A stretch of DNA of 64,000 nucleotides. Origin: a virus (Duplodnaviria; Caudoviricetes). Numbering within the stretch: position 1 is the first letter of the stretch; each line of letters opens with the position of its first letter. The notes under the pieces are model-generated. The model ran no database searches, was not told the DNA's origin, and saw nothing but the letters and a program-made list of their open reading frames with translations. The DNA lies in the IMG/VR virus record IMGVR_UViG_3300012983_000033, positions 1-64,000 of that record, one strand, 5' to 3'. Both the position numbers and the translations under genes were made by a program. Shown here one piece after another: positions 1-10,904 of the stretch.

Positions 1-1
1 A

Positions 2-1717
2 ACTCTTATCAATGAGATGCCAAAACCCCATCAAAAACTTCTTGCTTTTAATAAAATTTACTATGAAATAAATAAGAAGTATGGTTTTAAAACAGCAAAT
101 GATTGGCTTCGCGCTGAATGGGACGGACATCTTTATATGCACGATGGCAACACAACAAGCTTCGTTCATTATTGTTTTGCATATGACTTAAAAGACCTTG
201 CTGAAAAAGGATTATTCTTCATTGATAACTTCAATGCAGAACCACCTCAGCATCTTGATACTTTTGTTGATTTTGTTAAGGAATTTGTAAGCTGGACTTG
301 TAACCGTAGTTCAGGCGCAGTTGGTCTTCCTAACTTAATTCCTTATATGTATTATTTCTGGAAGAAAGATGTGTTAAGTGGTTACTTCACAAGAAGCCAT
401 CGTCTTTATGCCGAACAGCAAATTCAAAGACTCATTTATGCTTTGAATCAACCTTTCTTGCGCGGCGGCATCCAATCTGCATTTACTAATACATCAGTAT
501 TCGATCACGAATATCTTGAAGCTCTTTTTGGTGGCGCAGAATTCCCCGACGGTTCATTTATGATTGACGAAATCGAAGGTATTATGAACTTCCAAAAAAT
601 CTATCTTGAAACAATGTCAAAAATTCGTTCAAAGAATATGATGACATTCCCAGTTAATTCAATTAGTCTTGTTAAGAAAGACGGAAAATTCCTTGATGAA
701 GAATTTGCAAGATATGCTTGTGAACATAATATGAAATGGTGTGACTCAAACCTTTTCGTTGATGATAGTGTAACAAGTCTTTCAAACTGCTGTCGTCTTA
801 AAAGTAATATTGAAGACCTTGGCTATTTTAATAGTATCGGCGGAACTGCTCTTAAAGTAGGTTCAGTAAAAGTAAATACAATTAACCTTGCAAGACTTGC
901 GCTTGAACATTCAACAGAAAAAGAATACCTTAATGCGCTTCGTGAACTTGTTGAGCTTGATCTTAAAGCACTTGATTGTGTAAGACATATTATTCAGAGA
1001 AATGTTGAGAAAAATCTTCTTAAAAACTTCTCATACGGTGTAGTTGATTTTGAACATCTTTATAATACAATCGGTTTTATCGGTATTTACGAAACAATGA
1101 AAACATTTGGATATACAGAAACTGATGAATTTGGCAATGTTTTCTATACAGAAGAAGCAGAAGCTTTTGGCAAAAAAATCTTTGATGTTATCCATAATGT
1201 AAAAGATATTTTTGGTCTTGATAAAGATTATAAGATTAACTGTGAAGCAATCCCTGGTGAGACGGCGGCCGCAAAGCTTATGAAGAAAGATAAATTCTTC
1301 TTTGGAGATAAAGTTGTTGATGACCTTCCTCTTTACGGTAATCAGTTTATTCCTCTTGGAATTAAAACAACTCTTGCAGAAAGAGTAAGAATCGCTTCAA
1401 TGTTTGATAGCTTCTGTAATGGTGGTTCAATTCTTCACGTAAATATTGAAGCTCCATTTAAAACATTTGAACAGGCTTGGGATATGCTTAATTATGTGTC
1501 AGATGCTGGTGTGACATATTTTGCATTTAATACAAAAATCCAAGTTTGTAAACATAATCACGCTTTCCACGGAACTGTATGTCCAGAATGCGGCGGTCCT
1601 GTTGATACAGAATACACAAGAATTGTTGGTTTCTATGTTCCTTATAAAACATATTCCGCAGAAAGAGAAGCAGAAGTTCTTATGAGAGAATGGGAGGATG
1701 TTAATAATGGAGCTTGA
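2..1717 (+). CDS. nrdD: Anaerobic (class III) ribonucleotide reductase, 5' end outside window
   Basis: SNCCRL motif, CKHNH/CPEC Zn site and C-terminal glycyl-radical motif YTRIVGFY; frame is open to the window edge. Confidence 0.93.
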   Translation, partial: TLINEMPKPHQKLLAFNKIYYEINKKYGFKTANDWLRAEWDGHLYMHDGNTTSFVHYCFAYDLKDLAEKGLFFIDNFNAEPPQHLDTFVDFVKEFVSWTCNRSSGAVGLPNLIPYMYYFWKKDVLSGYFTRSHRLYAEQQIQRLIYALNQPFLRGGIQSAFTNTSVFDHEYLEALFGGAEFPDGSFMIDEIEGIMNFQKIYLETMSKIRSKNMMTFPVNSISLVKKDGKFLDEEFARYACEHNMKWCDSNLFVDDSVTSLSNCCRLKSNIEDLGYFNSIGGTALKVGSVKVNTINLARLALEHSTEKEYLNALRELVELDLKALDCVRHIIQRNVEKNLLKNFSYGVVDFEHLYNTIGFIGIYETMKTFGYTETDEFGNVFYTEEAEAFGKKIFDVIHNVKDIFGLDKDYKINCEAIPGETAAAKLMKKDKFFFGDKVVDDLPLYGNQFIPLGIKTTLAERVRIASMFDSFCNGGSILHVNIEAPFKTFEQAWDMLNYVSDAGVTYFAFNTKIQVCKHNHAFHGTVCPECGGPVDTEYTRIVGFYVPYKTYSAEREAEVLMREWEDVNNGA

Positions 1718-2072
1718 AACACTTGGTACAGTAACGCTTGAAAGACTTTGTCATATTGTTGATGTGATAAGACGACATAATCACGGAAAAGAAGACAAAG
1801 ATGTCGATGTGACTATGGAGTTTTTGGTTGGTTCTTTATTCCCAGAACTATTCCAAAACTTTCAAGCAAAAATGAATGAAGAATATCACCGTGGTTTTAA
1901 AGATGGTTATGACTGCGGTCTTGAATCTGGTTGGGATGATTTTGTAACAGCATTAAAAAATCTTGGTATTCTTATACAAGATGAAGAAGGTAATTATAAA
2001 AGCACTCATGAAATATTGAGTGAAATGTCAGATAAATGGAAGGAAGCTGAAGAAAAGAATGAAATTAATTGA
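1707..2072 (+). CDS. Hypothetical protein with a C-terminal tape-measure-like motif
   Basis: GGAGG RBS before ATG 1707; C-terminus ALKNLGILIQDEEGNYKSTHEILSEMSDKW. Confidence 0.7.
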   Translation: MELETLGTVTLERLCHIVDVIRRHNHGKEDKDVDVTMEFLVGSLFPELFQNFQAKMNEEYHRGFKDGYDCGLESGWDDFVTALKNLGILIQDEEGNYKSTHEILSEMSDKWKEAEEKNEIN

Positions 2073-2538
2073 TATAGTTGATTATGATATAAGTAACTAT
2101 AAGAAACCTTCAATGTTTTTAATTTTTCCTTATTGCTCATTCAAATGCGGGCGCGCTGAGTGTCAAAACCGCGCGCTCGAGCGTATTGAGCATATTGATA
2201 TTGATATACGAAAAGTCATTGATAGATATGAACAAAATCCACTAACTCAATCAATCGTATGCGGCGGTCTTGAGCCTTTTGATAGTTGGTCAGAATTACA
2301 AACTTTTATTATGTTTTTTAGATATTGGTATGCTGATGAAATCGTTATCTATACTGGATATACAGAAGAAGAATTAAAAGATAAAATTGAGTGGCTTTCT
2401 TTGTATGAAAACATTATTATTAAATTTGGCAGATATCTCCCCAACCAAGAACATCATTTTGATGAACTTTTGGGAGTTGAATTGGTTAGTCCAAATCAGT
2501 ACGCAAAAGCCTATAATGTTATGGAGGGATATTGTTGA
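2059..2538 (+). CDS. nrdG: Anaerobic RNR activating radical-SAM protein
   Basis: CSFKCGRAEC cluster motif, GGLEP and IYTGY motifs, next to nrdD. Confidence 0.88.
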   Translation: MKLIDIVDYDISNYKKPSMFLIFPYCSFKCGRAECQNRALERIEHIDIDIRKVIDRYEQNPLTQSIVCGGLEPFDSWSELQTFIMFFRYWYADEIVIYTGYTEEELKDKIEWLSLYENIIIKFGRYLPNQEHHFDELLGVELVSPNQYAKAYNVMEGYC

Positions 2539-2741
2539 TAAAAGGAAATTTTAAAGGACAAAAAATCTTTTTTAATCCAGATGAAGAGTATGTAAAAGAA
2601 ATTCGTCAAAAACTAAAAGAGAATGACGGCTACTGTCCTTGCCGCCTTACTAAGTCAGAAGATACAAAGTGTATGTGCAAAGAATTTCGTGAGCAAGAAA
2701 GTGGATATTGTCATTGTGGACTCTTTTATAAAGAAGATTAA
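2532..2741 (+). CDS. Ferredoxin-thioredoxin reductase catalytic-subunit-like protein
   Basis: CPC...CMC...CHC motif set in a 69-aa protein. Confidence 0.8.
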   Translation: MLIKGNFKGQKIFFNPDEEYVKEIRQKLKENDGYCPCRLTKSEDTKCMCKEFREQESGYCHCGLFYKED

Positions 2742-2743
2742 AT

Positions 2744-2772
2744 TTGACAATAATTTCAATTTTTAGTATAAT
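2744..2772 (+). promoter_or_regulatory. sigmaA-type promoter
   Basis: TTGACA-17 nt-TATAAT upstream of GAGGTG RBS and ATG 2793. Confidence 0.85.
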
Positions 2773-2792
2773 AATTATAAGAGGTGAGACAA

Positions 2793-3458
2793 ATGATTAT
2801 ATCTAATCTTAAAGTATATGACTTAGAAGAATCGCTTCTCGCAAGCGGTTATGCTATGAGAACAGAACTCGATGAAATAGTGGTTACAGACAAAACTTTA
2901 AAGCGTGCTAAGAGTCTTACAAAAGCTTCAAACGGCAACGGCGCGCACGGTTAGTTTTTGACTGGTATCAGAGTAAACTTTGATTTAACTTTTAGCCTAA
3001 AAGCTTGGGTTGAAGCAGAGCGCTATCGTTTCTTAGAGTTCGTAACAAGTCAATCAACAATGCATCGTATTACAAAGTTTGATATTAAAAAACAATGTAA
3101 TGAATATGTTGATGATCGTGTTATTGCAGTTGTAGAAGAAAAGGTTAAAATCTATAATGAAATTTTAGATGCCATAAAAACAGAAGCATACAAAGAACAC
3201 GGATATACATTGGAAGGTATGCAAGAACTCGCAAAAGATGCTTATCTAAGAGTATTATATAACGTACCTTCAGGCTTCCAACTTACTGCAAGGATGGCAA
3301 CAAACTATCGTTGTTTATTAAATATCTATATTCAAAGACACGTTCACAGACTTCCTGAATGGAGAAAATTCTGTGAACTTCTACTTGAACTTCCTTACTT
3401 TAAGGAACTTGTAGATGCTTATTATTCAAAAGAAATAGAGTTAAAGGAGGAAAACTAA
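2793..3458 (+). CDS. thyX: ThyX-like flavin-dependent thymidylate synthase (one in-frame TAG)
   Basis: ATG 2793 with RBS; TAG at 2952 gives GAHG(Q)FLTG; RYRF..SQSTMHR and HRLPEW motifs. Confidence 0.8.
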
Positions 3459-3459
3459 C

Positions 3460-4404
3460 ATGGGACAAAAGGATAATATCATCAATATGCAAAATCATTT
3501 CGATGAAAAAGCAAAAATGATGGAAGACCGCAACAAACAAGTTATCGGTAATCGTTTTACTGAAATTATGAATATGATTGATTCAACAGGTAGCGAAGAA
3601 GGTATTGCACCTATCGCGGCAATTCTCTCTATGCCTGATAAAGATCTTACAATGTTCTCTGAAATTTTCTTAGGAGAATTAGAGAGAGCAATGAGAAATA
3701 GTAATGAAGCTCTTCTTATGGCACAGGCGCTTAATATGTCTGGCGGCAATATTGATGACCTCAATTCTGCTTTTCAGGAACTTCTTGTTGAAATTGAAAA
3801 ATCAGACGAGCTTTCAGATACTAAAAAGGATTTCTTAAAACGCTTCTTTATGATTATCATTAATGCTATTGCTGAAACAGAAGGCGTTTCAAAGAAAATT
3901 ATTGAAATTCCAATCGAGCTTATGGAGGGCGCAAAAGTCCCAGTTTATGCTCGTCTTGGAGATGCGGGACTTGATATTTATTCAACAGAAGATATTGAAG
4001 TTCTTCCCGGCGAAACAAAACTTGTTCATACAGGTATTAAAGTTGCTATCCCTCGTGGTTACGAACTTCAAGTTAGACCAAAGAGCGGTATTAGTTTAAA
4101 AACAAAACTTCGTGTTGCTAATACACCAGGTACTATTGATAGCGGTTACCGTGATGAAGTTTGTGTAATTATCGAAAATGTTGATCCTCCAATCAAAGAT
4201 ATTACTTATGACTTTGATGACAAAGGTCATCCAGTAATTACCTCAATCCTTCATGGTTCACCTTATACAATTGAAGCAGGTCAGAAAATTGCACAGTTCG
4301 TTCTTAATGAAGTTGTTGTTGCTAACTTCAATGAAGTTACTAATATTTCTGAAGTTGAGGGAGAAAACCGTGGCGGCGGATTTGGTAGCACGGGATTGAA
4401 ATAA
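3460..4404 (+). CDS. dut: Trimeric dUTPase with ~145-aa N-terminal extension
   Basis: DAGLD, RPKSG, GTIDSGYRDE, KIAQ and RGGGFGSTG motifs. Confidence 0.92.
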   Translation: MGQKDNIINMQNHFDEKAKMMEDRNKQVIGNRFTEIMNMIDSTGSEEGIAPIAAILSMPDKDLTMFSEIFLGELERAMRNSNEALLMAQALNMSGGNIDDLNSAFQELLVEIEKSDELSDTKKDFLKRFFMIIINAIAETEGVSKKIIEIPIELMEGAKVPVYARLGDAGLDIYSTEDIEVLPGETKLVHTGIKVAIPRGYELQVRPKSGISLKTKLRVANTPGTIDSGYRDEVCVIIENVDPPIKDITYDFDDKGHPVITSILHGSPYTIEAGQKIAQFVLNEVVVANFNEVTNISEVEGENRGGGFGSTGLK

Positions 4405-5144
4405 TGGCTAAAATTAAAATTGAAGACATTCGTTAGAGTGTTGAAGAACTCGGTTGGAAAGTTATTAGTGGAAAATATGATAACTTAGAGACCGAAATGG
4501 AATTTGAATGTAATGAGGGGCATAGAATATATGCCCCTTGGAAAAAACTTCGCAATAAAATAGAATGTCCTATTTGTAAGGCGAATGTATATAAAAGTAC
4601 AGAAACTAAGGTTGTTCCTAAAAGGAAAGGATAGAAAAGAATCCTCGCTTTAGACCAAGCAACTAAAGTAACTGGCTATGCAATATATGATGGAGAGGAT
4701 CTCGTAAAGTACGGCACATTCTCCACATACAAAGATAATCAAGAAGATAAATTTTCAGAAGTGCGCGGCTGGTTAATAAATATGATAAATGTTTGGCAAC
4801 CAGAGTTCATTGGTTTTGAGGGAATTCAATTACAGGATAATGTTGCTGGTGGTCAAAAAATGGGTGTTACAACATTTGAGGCTCTCGCGCGACTTCAAGG
4901 CGTAATTATGATTACTTGTAAGGAAATGAATATTCCTTTTGAAATTTATCCTACAAATACTTGGCGCCAAGCTTGCGGCGTAAAAGGACGCGCGCGAGCA
5001 GAGAAAAAACGCTCTATGAGAGAACTTGCAAAAAAATGGTTTGATATAACTGTTACTGAAGACGAGGCGGACGCGATAGGTATTGGAAAGCATACTGCGA
5101 GCCAGTTTAGCAAGGCGCATACTATTTTTAATTGGGAAACATAA
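4404..5144 (+). CDS. RuvC-like Holliday junction resolvase with N-terminal Zn ribbon (two in-frame TAG)
   Basis: ATG overlaps the dut stop; read-through of TAG 4434 and 4632 gives CNEGH..CPIC then ILALDQATKVTGYA, FEGI and DEADAIGI. Confidence 0.85.
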
Positions 5145-5147
5145 AAA

Positions 5148-5171
5148 GAGAAGGTAAGTAATCTTACCTTC
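5148..5171. terminator. Hairpin between convergent genes
   Basis: AGAAGGTAAG-TAAT-CTTACCTTCT. Confidence 0.6.
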
Positions 5172-5535
5172 TCACTTTATATATTCCCCATATAAAACGG
5201 TCGCGTGGATCAAAAGTATCATAAATGCATCCATCAATACAGCAAGTTATATGACCACTCATAGTTATTAGGTAAATACCTCTTGGTTGTGAAGCAATAA
5301 AATCACGAATGGAGACATTACAGCCTCGATCGCAATAATATATTTTTTCAAAGTGTTCGTTTAAATAATCATCAATACTGTTTATGTCATCAGGCATTAC
5401 ACAATGATATCGAGCATATTCACATAACTCTTTATAAATTGAATCCCAAGAACGTCCCGTAGCTAACGATATCGATCTTATGGTGCAGTCGTGTACGTGC
5501 AGTTGCTTGGGATTAGCATTATAATATTTAAACAT
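5164..5535 (-). CDS. Putative papain/C39-like cysteine peptidase-fold protein
   Basis: NANP..DCTIRSI, GHITCCIDG and YDTFD suggest a Cys-His-Asp triad. Confidence 0.55.
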   Translation of the reverse strand: MFKYYNANPKQLHVHDCTIRSISLATGRSWDSIYKELCEYARYHCVMPDDINSIDDYLNEHFEKIYYCDRGCNVSIRDFIASQPRGIYLITMSGHITCCIDGCIYDTFDPRDRFIWGIYKVRR

Positions 5536-6086
5536 TAGATATTTTTAATTTTTTGGATATGTTTGCGAATTGTTTCCTTTTCTTCTGGAGTTTCCGCAGT
5601 ATCCATTAAACTTTCAACAAGTGTACAAACCGCATACATGGTTTTTTCAAGTCCTTCCACCATTTGACCTGAATGCGCGCCATCATGATAACGACCTTTA
5701 CCCATATAATATTCTTCAAGGAAGTCTACCATACGGTCGATTTTTTCATAAAAGCGGCTCATATCGGGGCTATAGTGTTGATATCTCCCAGAACCACCAC
5801 GTTCATAGTTTCCATAGCCCGTATCACCTCCATACATGCGAGGACGTTCAAAGGTCATTGGATACATACTACCATAATTATAATCTCCGCGGCCTCCGCG
5901 TTCATAGTATCTCATACTATCGCCTCCTTTCATTTCTTTTTTTGTTTCTTCTACTTCTTTAATATCCTTTAAAATATCCATAAGCTTAGAAGTGGTTTCT
6001 AAATTAGCACTTGTTAAGCCTTTTTCACCAATTTGCTCTAATTCTTTGGTTACTAATTCTTCAAGTTTTTTGAGCTTTTCTTCCAT
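5535..6086 (-). CDS. Hypothetical protein: helical ends with a central Y/G/R-rich low-complexity region
   Basis: GGAGG RBS; stop overlaps the next ATG; repeated YERGG segments. Confidence 0.8.
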   Translation of the reverse strand: MEEKLKKLEELVTKELEQIGEKGLTSANLETTSKLMDILKDIKEVEETKKEMKGGDSMRYYERGGRGDYNYGSMYPMTFERPRMYGGDTGYGNYERGGSGRYQHYSPDMSRFYEKIDRMVDFLEEYYMGKGRYHDGAHSGQMVEGLEKTMYAVCTLVESLMDTAETPEEKETIRKHIQKIKNI

Positions 6087-6099
6087 TTAGATTACCTCC

Positions 6100-6492
6100 T
6101 TAAGCGCCGGCTTCTTCTGTAATAGGCAAAGATGCCGCGTTGTTTACACAACGAGAGCAAGGCAATCTACCCAACAGTTTAAATACGCCGTCTTGAATAT
6201 TTGTGTTGACCATTACCGAATACCGAGTACGCGCATTAATTGAACAAGCCAAAACATTCGTACAATCGCAGTTAAGTAAAGGATACTCAGTTGTACCATC
6301 ACCGATTGTGATGACTACATTAGCTGCAACAGTTGTAGCTGCAGGTATTGTCTAAGCAACAACAATACAATACTTTTCACAATCATTATAATTTCCTTCT
6401 GGGATGTTGATTGTGAGTGTGTCGTCTGCAAAAGTGACTGCTTCTGATATAACCAGTCTTTTACAAAGTCTCTTATAATTAGGACAACTCAT
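6100..6492 (-). CDS. Cys-rich beta-strand protein, 130 aa (TAG at 6352)
   Basis: MSCPNYKRLC...CIVVA(Q)TIPAATT...NCDC...PCSRC; ends at TAA 6100. Confidence 0.8.
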
Positions 6493-6572
6493 AATTTCAC
6501 TCCTTAAAAATTTGGAGGAAGATGCGGGTATATCTTCCTCCAATAATCACGCATTAGCGGAAAGTTTTTTAA

Positions 6573-7364
6573 TTATGCACAGCCACAGCCGCAACCGTTG
6601 TTAAATCCGTTGTAGCCTAAACCAAAAGCTGCTGCATAAGGACTGCAAGTAAGGTAAGCAGGTTTTGCTACAGGCATAAGCTGATTTACGATGTTGCTTG
6701 TCTGAGAGAGCTGAGATAACTGGAATTGCGCAGACTGAAGTTCTGTGCGAAGTTTATCCATCTCTGTTTGAGTGAGATAGTTGATGATTCTGTCTGTGTT
6801 CTTGTCGTTGGCTACGAGGATATCATTTGCGGCCTGAGAAACAGCATATTTGATATTCTCTTGGCCACGGCCAAGATCGCAGCAGCAAGAAGCCATCTGG
6901 TTAGCAAGACTATTGAAGCCTGCTTGGTTAGTAAAGTTTGACTAAAGAATTGACTTATCAACGCCGCAGAAGCCCTGGGCCATTTCAAAGCCTACGTTAG
7001 CAATAGATTGCTGTGTCTGGCAGCAGCAATTCTGAAGAGCAGCCTGAAGAGAAGCGATGTTTGCAGAAGTTGTATAGAAACCATCGCAAATTCCATTCTG
7101 AATTCCTCTGAGACCATTGTCTAACTGATTAAAGTTAAAGGCATCAGTCATGCCTTGCATTGTAGCGGGTGTGCAACAAGCATTAGCGTAATAATTTGCG
7201 CCGTCGCCATTACCACCGAAACCATTACGATTCCAGCCACCTGCAAAAAGTAGGATAAGTAGAACAATCCACCATCCATTGTCTCCGCCCCAACCATTGT
7301 TGTTGTCTGAACCTGTGTTTCTAAGGGCAAGAGCGTCAGCTACAGAAATTCCTTCGTTCATCAT
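6573..7364 (-). CDS. Gly/Asn-rich, single-TM, coiled-coil, Cys-rich protein, 263 aa (TAG at 6942)
   Basis: Two track ORFs fuse in frame: KSIL(Q)SNFTNQAGFNSLANQMASCCC; WWIVLLILLF hydrophobic segment; GCGCGCA C-terminus. Confidence 0.85.
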
Positions 7365-7406
7365 TGTGTTTCCTCCTTTTTGGAAAAATTTTTTATCTCA
7401 AAACGC

Positions 7407-7649
7407 TTACATATTTTGAATTGTAGAAAAGAGATTGTTCATCTCAGTATTAAAATCTCTACCCTATTGTCCAAAATATTGTTTAGCGAATTGTTCAAGA
7501 CCTTGAACATCACCATTCTAACCCATTCGTAAAAGATTCATCATCATTGGGTTATCTGCATAGTTAGTTTGTATAATCTGTTCGGCGACCGCACGAGGGT
7601 TGCCGTTTTTTATTTGTTGTAATAATTGTATTGGATTTATACCTGCCAT
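7407..7649 (-). CDS. Gln/Asn/Met-rich helical protein, 80 aa (two TAG)
   Basis: MAGINPIQLLQQIKNGNP...RMG(Q)NGD...FGQ(Q)GRDF...; absent from the code-11 track. Confidence 0.75.
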
Positions 7650-8059
7650 TCTATCTTACCTCCAAGTTTTTCTTTTATTTTTAAGACAGCATCTTCGATA
7701 CGATTAAGACGCTCATCATATTCTTTAAACATGCCGGCGGGCACCTCTTCAGTAGGAGAGGAAGTAACAGTACCCTCTATTGGGCTTAAACGGTATCCTA
7801 ATAACATCGGCGCACCGTTTTGAAAAGATTTTATATACATCAGATTTTCAGACAAACATAAACCTACCGAAACATTCGCGCCCGCCGGCACATTATTTAT
7901 ATCGGAAGCTGTGTTTAAGCTGAATAAGTTACCTACTGGTTGTAAAAAAATACTTGGTTGTATTTGATTAAATTGCGGCATAGTTGGCGCCGCGGCTTGT
8001 GGCTAAGATTGCTGTGTTTGCTGTGGATTAAAAGGGTAGTTTGGATAATTGTTTGTCAT
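7637..8059 (-). CDS. Hypothetical protein with Pro/Gln-rich N-terminus (one TAG)
   Basis: GGAGG RBS and ATG 8059 in frame with track ORF 7637-7981. Confidence 0.78.
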
Positions 8060-8243
8060 ATGTTTTCCTCCTTGTTTCTTTGTCCTTTCAATCTAAAGTA
8101 GAAAAACCGTATAGAAGCTTTACAGCTTACTATACGGAGACAAAAAGTTTGTCAATCTATGACAAATTATTTTTATAGTATTTTGTGAAAATTGCACAAA
8201 AAGTTTGACCCATTATGTAAGATACATAGTGGGTCTTTGTTAA

Positions 8244-8624
8244 TTATTCAGTTACAAAAGAAATGATGCCTTGAATTTCATCCATACTAAGTTCGAGACT
8301 TTCGATTTCTGAAATATTAATTGGCGCCGCTTCAATTTCAAATTCAAATGCGAGAAGTTCATTAAACTTTTCATTACATTCTACGATTTTATCTGGGATT
8401 ACTTTGAAATTTCCAACATCATCGCGCACGATATTTCCGTTTTCGTCTTTTTCAGCATATTCATTTAAAATTGCTGAAAGTTGCTCTTGATAGAATGAGA
8501 AGTGAGGATCGATTGCTTTTGCAATACAATTGAGGCGATATCCCGTACGAAGTGGGAATTTGCGGTCTTTGATTTTTGAATAGAAACTACGGAAGCTTAA
8601 AGCTTCGCTGAATGATATTTTCAT
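8244..8624 (-). CDS. Conserved phage hypothetical protein (DUF1617-like by inspection)
   Basis: RBS AAGGAG; upstream TTGAAT-17-TATAAT promoter; EYAEKDENG motif. Confidence 0.6.
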   Translation of the reverse strand: MKISFSEALSFRSFYSKIKDRKFPLRTGYRLNCIAKAIDPHFSFYQEQLSAILNEYAEKDENGNIVRDDVGNFKVIPDKIVECNEKFNELLAFEFEIEAAPINISEIESLELSMDEIQGIISFVTE

Positions 8625-8687
8625 TTTAAATCTCTCCTTTTACTTTTCTATATTTATTATATATGAATTTTTAGGAGAATTCAAATT

Positions 8688-10874
8688 TTATTCATCAGCT
8701 GGCGGCTCGCCCAATTCAAAACCAGATAGGTAAATTTTTCCATTTTTAAAATGGATTTTTGCTACTATATTATTTCCACTTTTATCAACTTCAGGAGAAT
8801 ATAAGGCGATACATTTTTTAATATCAAGACAATTTATTTGTATGAATTCATCATCTGGAAGTAATTGACCTGCTGTACCGTTTATAATCATTCCATTTTT
8901 TCTATGTCCAATTGTAGGACGCCCAAAACTTGCTGTTGTAATGTTAAGTCTTAATGTACATATTACTTCACCATTTCGTGAACAAAATATTTCAATATTA
9001 TATTCTGTTTCACTTGTAAATTTAAAATCATCTGTTACTGGATAAAAAACTTCGTCTTTTTTTAAAACATTAGAAAGATATTCATATGTTTTATTTCCTA
9101 ATTTAAAGGTTATTTTACTATTTTCTGCATAAGTCAAATCTGTTAAAATTTCATTATTTAATACAAGCTCATTATAGTTATCTAAATTACCAAGTTTGTT
9201 AAAAGTAAAAGCTGGTAAAGAATTTTTTCCCAATGCCTCTATTGCTATATTACTCATTGCAATTGTTGGATTAATAGAATAACGTAATTTTATTTTTTCA
9301 CCAATTGTTCTCAATTCTTTTAAATCCTAATTATTATAATAAGGATAGACTGAAATTTCAATTTCACTTATTCCATATTCTGAATTTTCAACTTTTATAT
9401 CATCTAATGAAATAATAATTTTTTTAGAAGATTCGGTAACAGTTTTCCATTCCTATTCATTAATACGATACTCATATTTTAATTGAATATTATCATCTTG
9501 TTCATCGTATGCATTTGATAGTTCAATATAACAAGAGTCTTTTTTATCTTCTATTTGTAATAAAGTAGGAAGCCCGCTAAATTCAATTAAGTTTTCAGCC
9601 TCATTGCGCAACTCAATTTTTTTATATGAACTTCCATCCCACTTAGGGGAGGCTTTTGTTTTTACTGCTTTATCAATTTTTAATGATTCTTTAGTAGAAA
9701 TTACTACATTGCCAAAGCTATCATATGCAAATAATTCTACTTTATCAAAACAAGCATATCCCTCTCCATCGCCCCATATCTAATCCTAAAACATTCTTGT
9801 TAAGGCTCGTTTTAAAGTATATTCCTAATTATCCATAATAACAGGAGTTTTTTCTTCTATTCTATAATGAAAATAAGAACTGTCTCCATAAATAATATTC
9901 AAAGAATCTATATGAGGTATATCTATAATAAGTTTTCGTTCACCTTTTGTTAAAAATATTTTTAACTATAAATTATAAGCATAATTTATTACATTACCAA
10001 TATATTCTTTAGAGGTTTCGTCTAAAATGAAAGAAAGTACAGTTTTATATTTATCATTTGGAAGGTCAAAGAGAGGTAGATTAGAATTTATTAATTGATA
10101 ATCTAATTCCACAAAACTTTCTGATAATAATGATACTTTTTCATAGGTTACAGTAAGATGAGAAAGAAGAATTGAAAAATTTTTATTCTATTCATTTGCA
10201 CAAAATATTTTAAAAGTATGTAAGTCAGAAGTAAAGTCTTTAGTATTTAATGAAACCTTTATAACCTCTGTTGTATTATCCAAAACTTCAATATCTTTAT
10301 CATCTATTTTTACTCCATCAGCGATTATAATAACGCCACTAATTTCTATTCCCGATGTTAAAACAGGTTTTATTATTTCTAATTTTAATTCTTCGTTAAA
10401 ACAATTATTAGTTAAATTCAATGCCCTTACTGCACGCGGAGCCGCATCCACATAGTCTATTACTTTATAACCAATTTCATGGTCTAATTTACCTATCATA
10501 TCATTATTTCTATTATATAACTAAAGTCTGCAATATTTAACAAAATCTCCCGGTTTTAAATCACTAATATCTGTTTGTTTAAATGCTGTTTTAACCTCAA
10601 AGGTTCCGGTTGTTCCTAAACCAGTAGTATCTAACTCGCAATCTTTATCAATACTAACTACTTTTTCACCATTATTATTATCTATTATTAGATATATTTC
10701 TGCTCTATCTAAAAAGTTAAATACACTAGGTCTTGTCCAATTTCCTGTAATTGTTATTGTTTCACTAGTTTTATTTTGTGTCCAATATTTTACTGTATTC
10801 CCTTGTGAATCAGTATAGCTATGATAACCAAAACCAATTACAGAATTGATATTAAAATTCCAATTACTAGCCAT
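8688..10874 (-). CDS. Tail-associated or receptor-binding protein, 728 aa (multiple TAG)
   Basis: Track ORFs 10521-10874, 10188-10499 and 8688-9314 are in one frame; junction stops are TAG; follows the tail-tip gene. Confidence 0.7.
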
Positions 10875-10904
10875 ATATTATTCCTCCTTTCCGCGATTAG
10901 GCGG

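Noticed and set aside
8183-8199. Rex operator TTGTGAAAATTGCACAA
   Set aside because: One base short of the 18-bp consensus and a single copy; may be a relative of the TGCACAA motif
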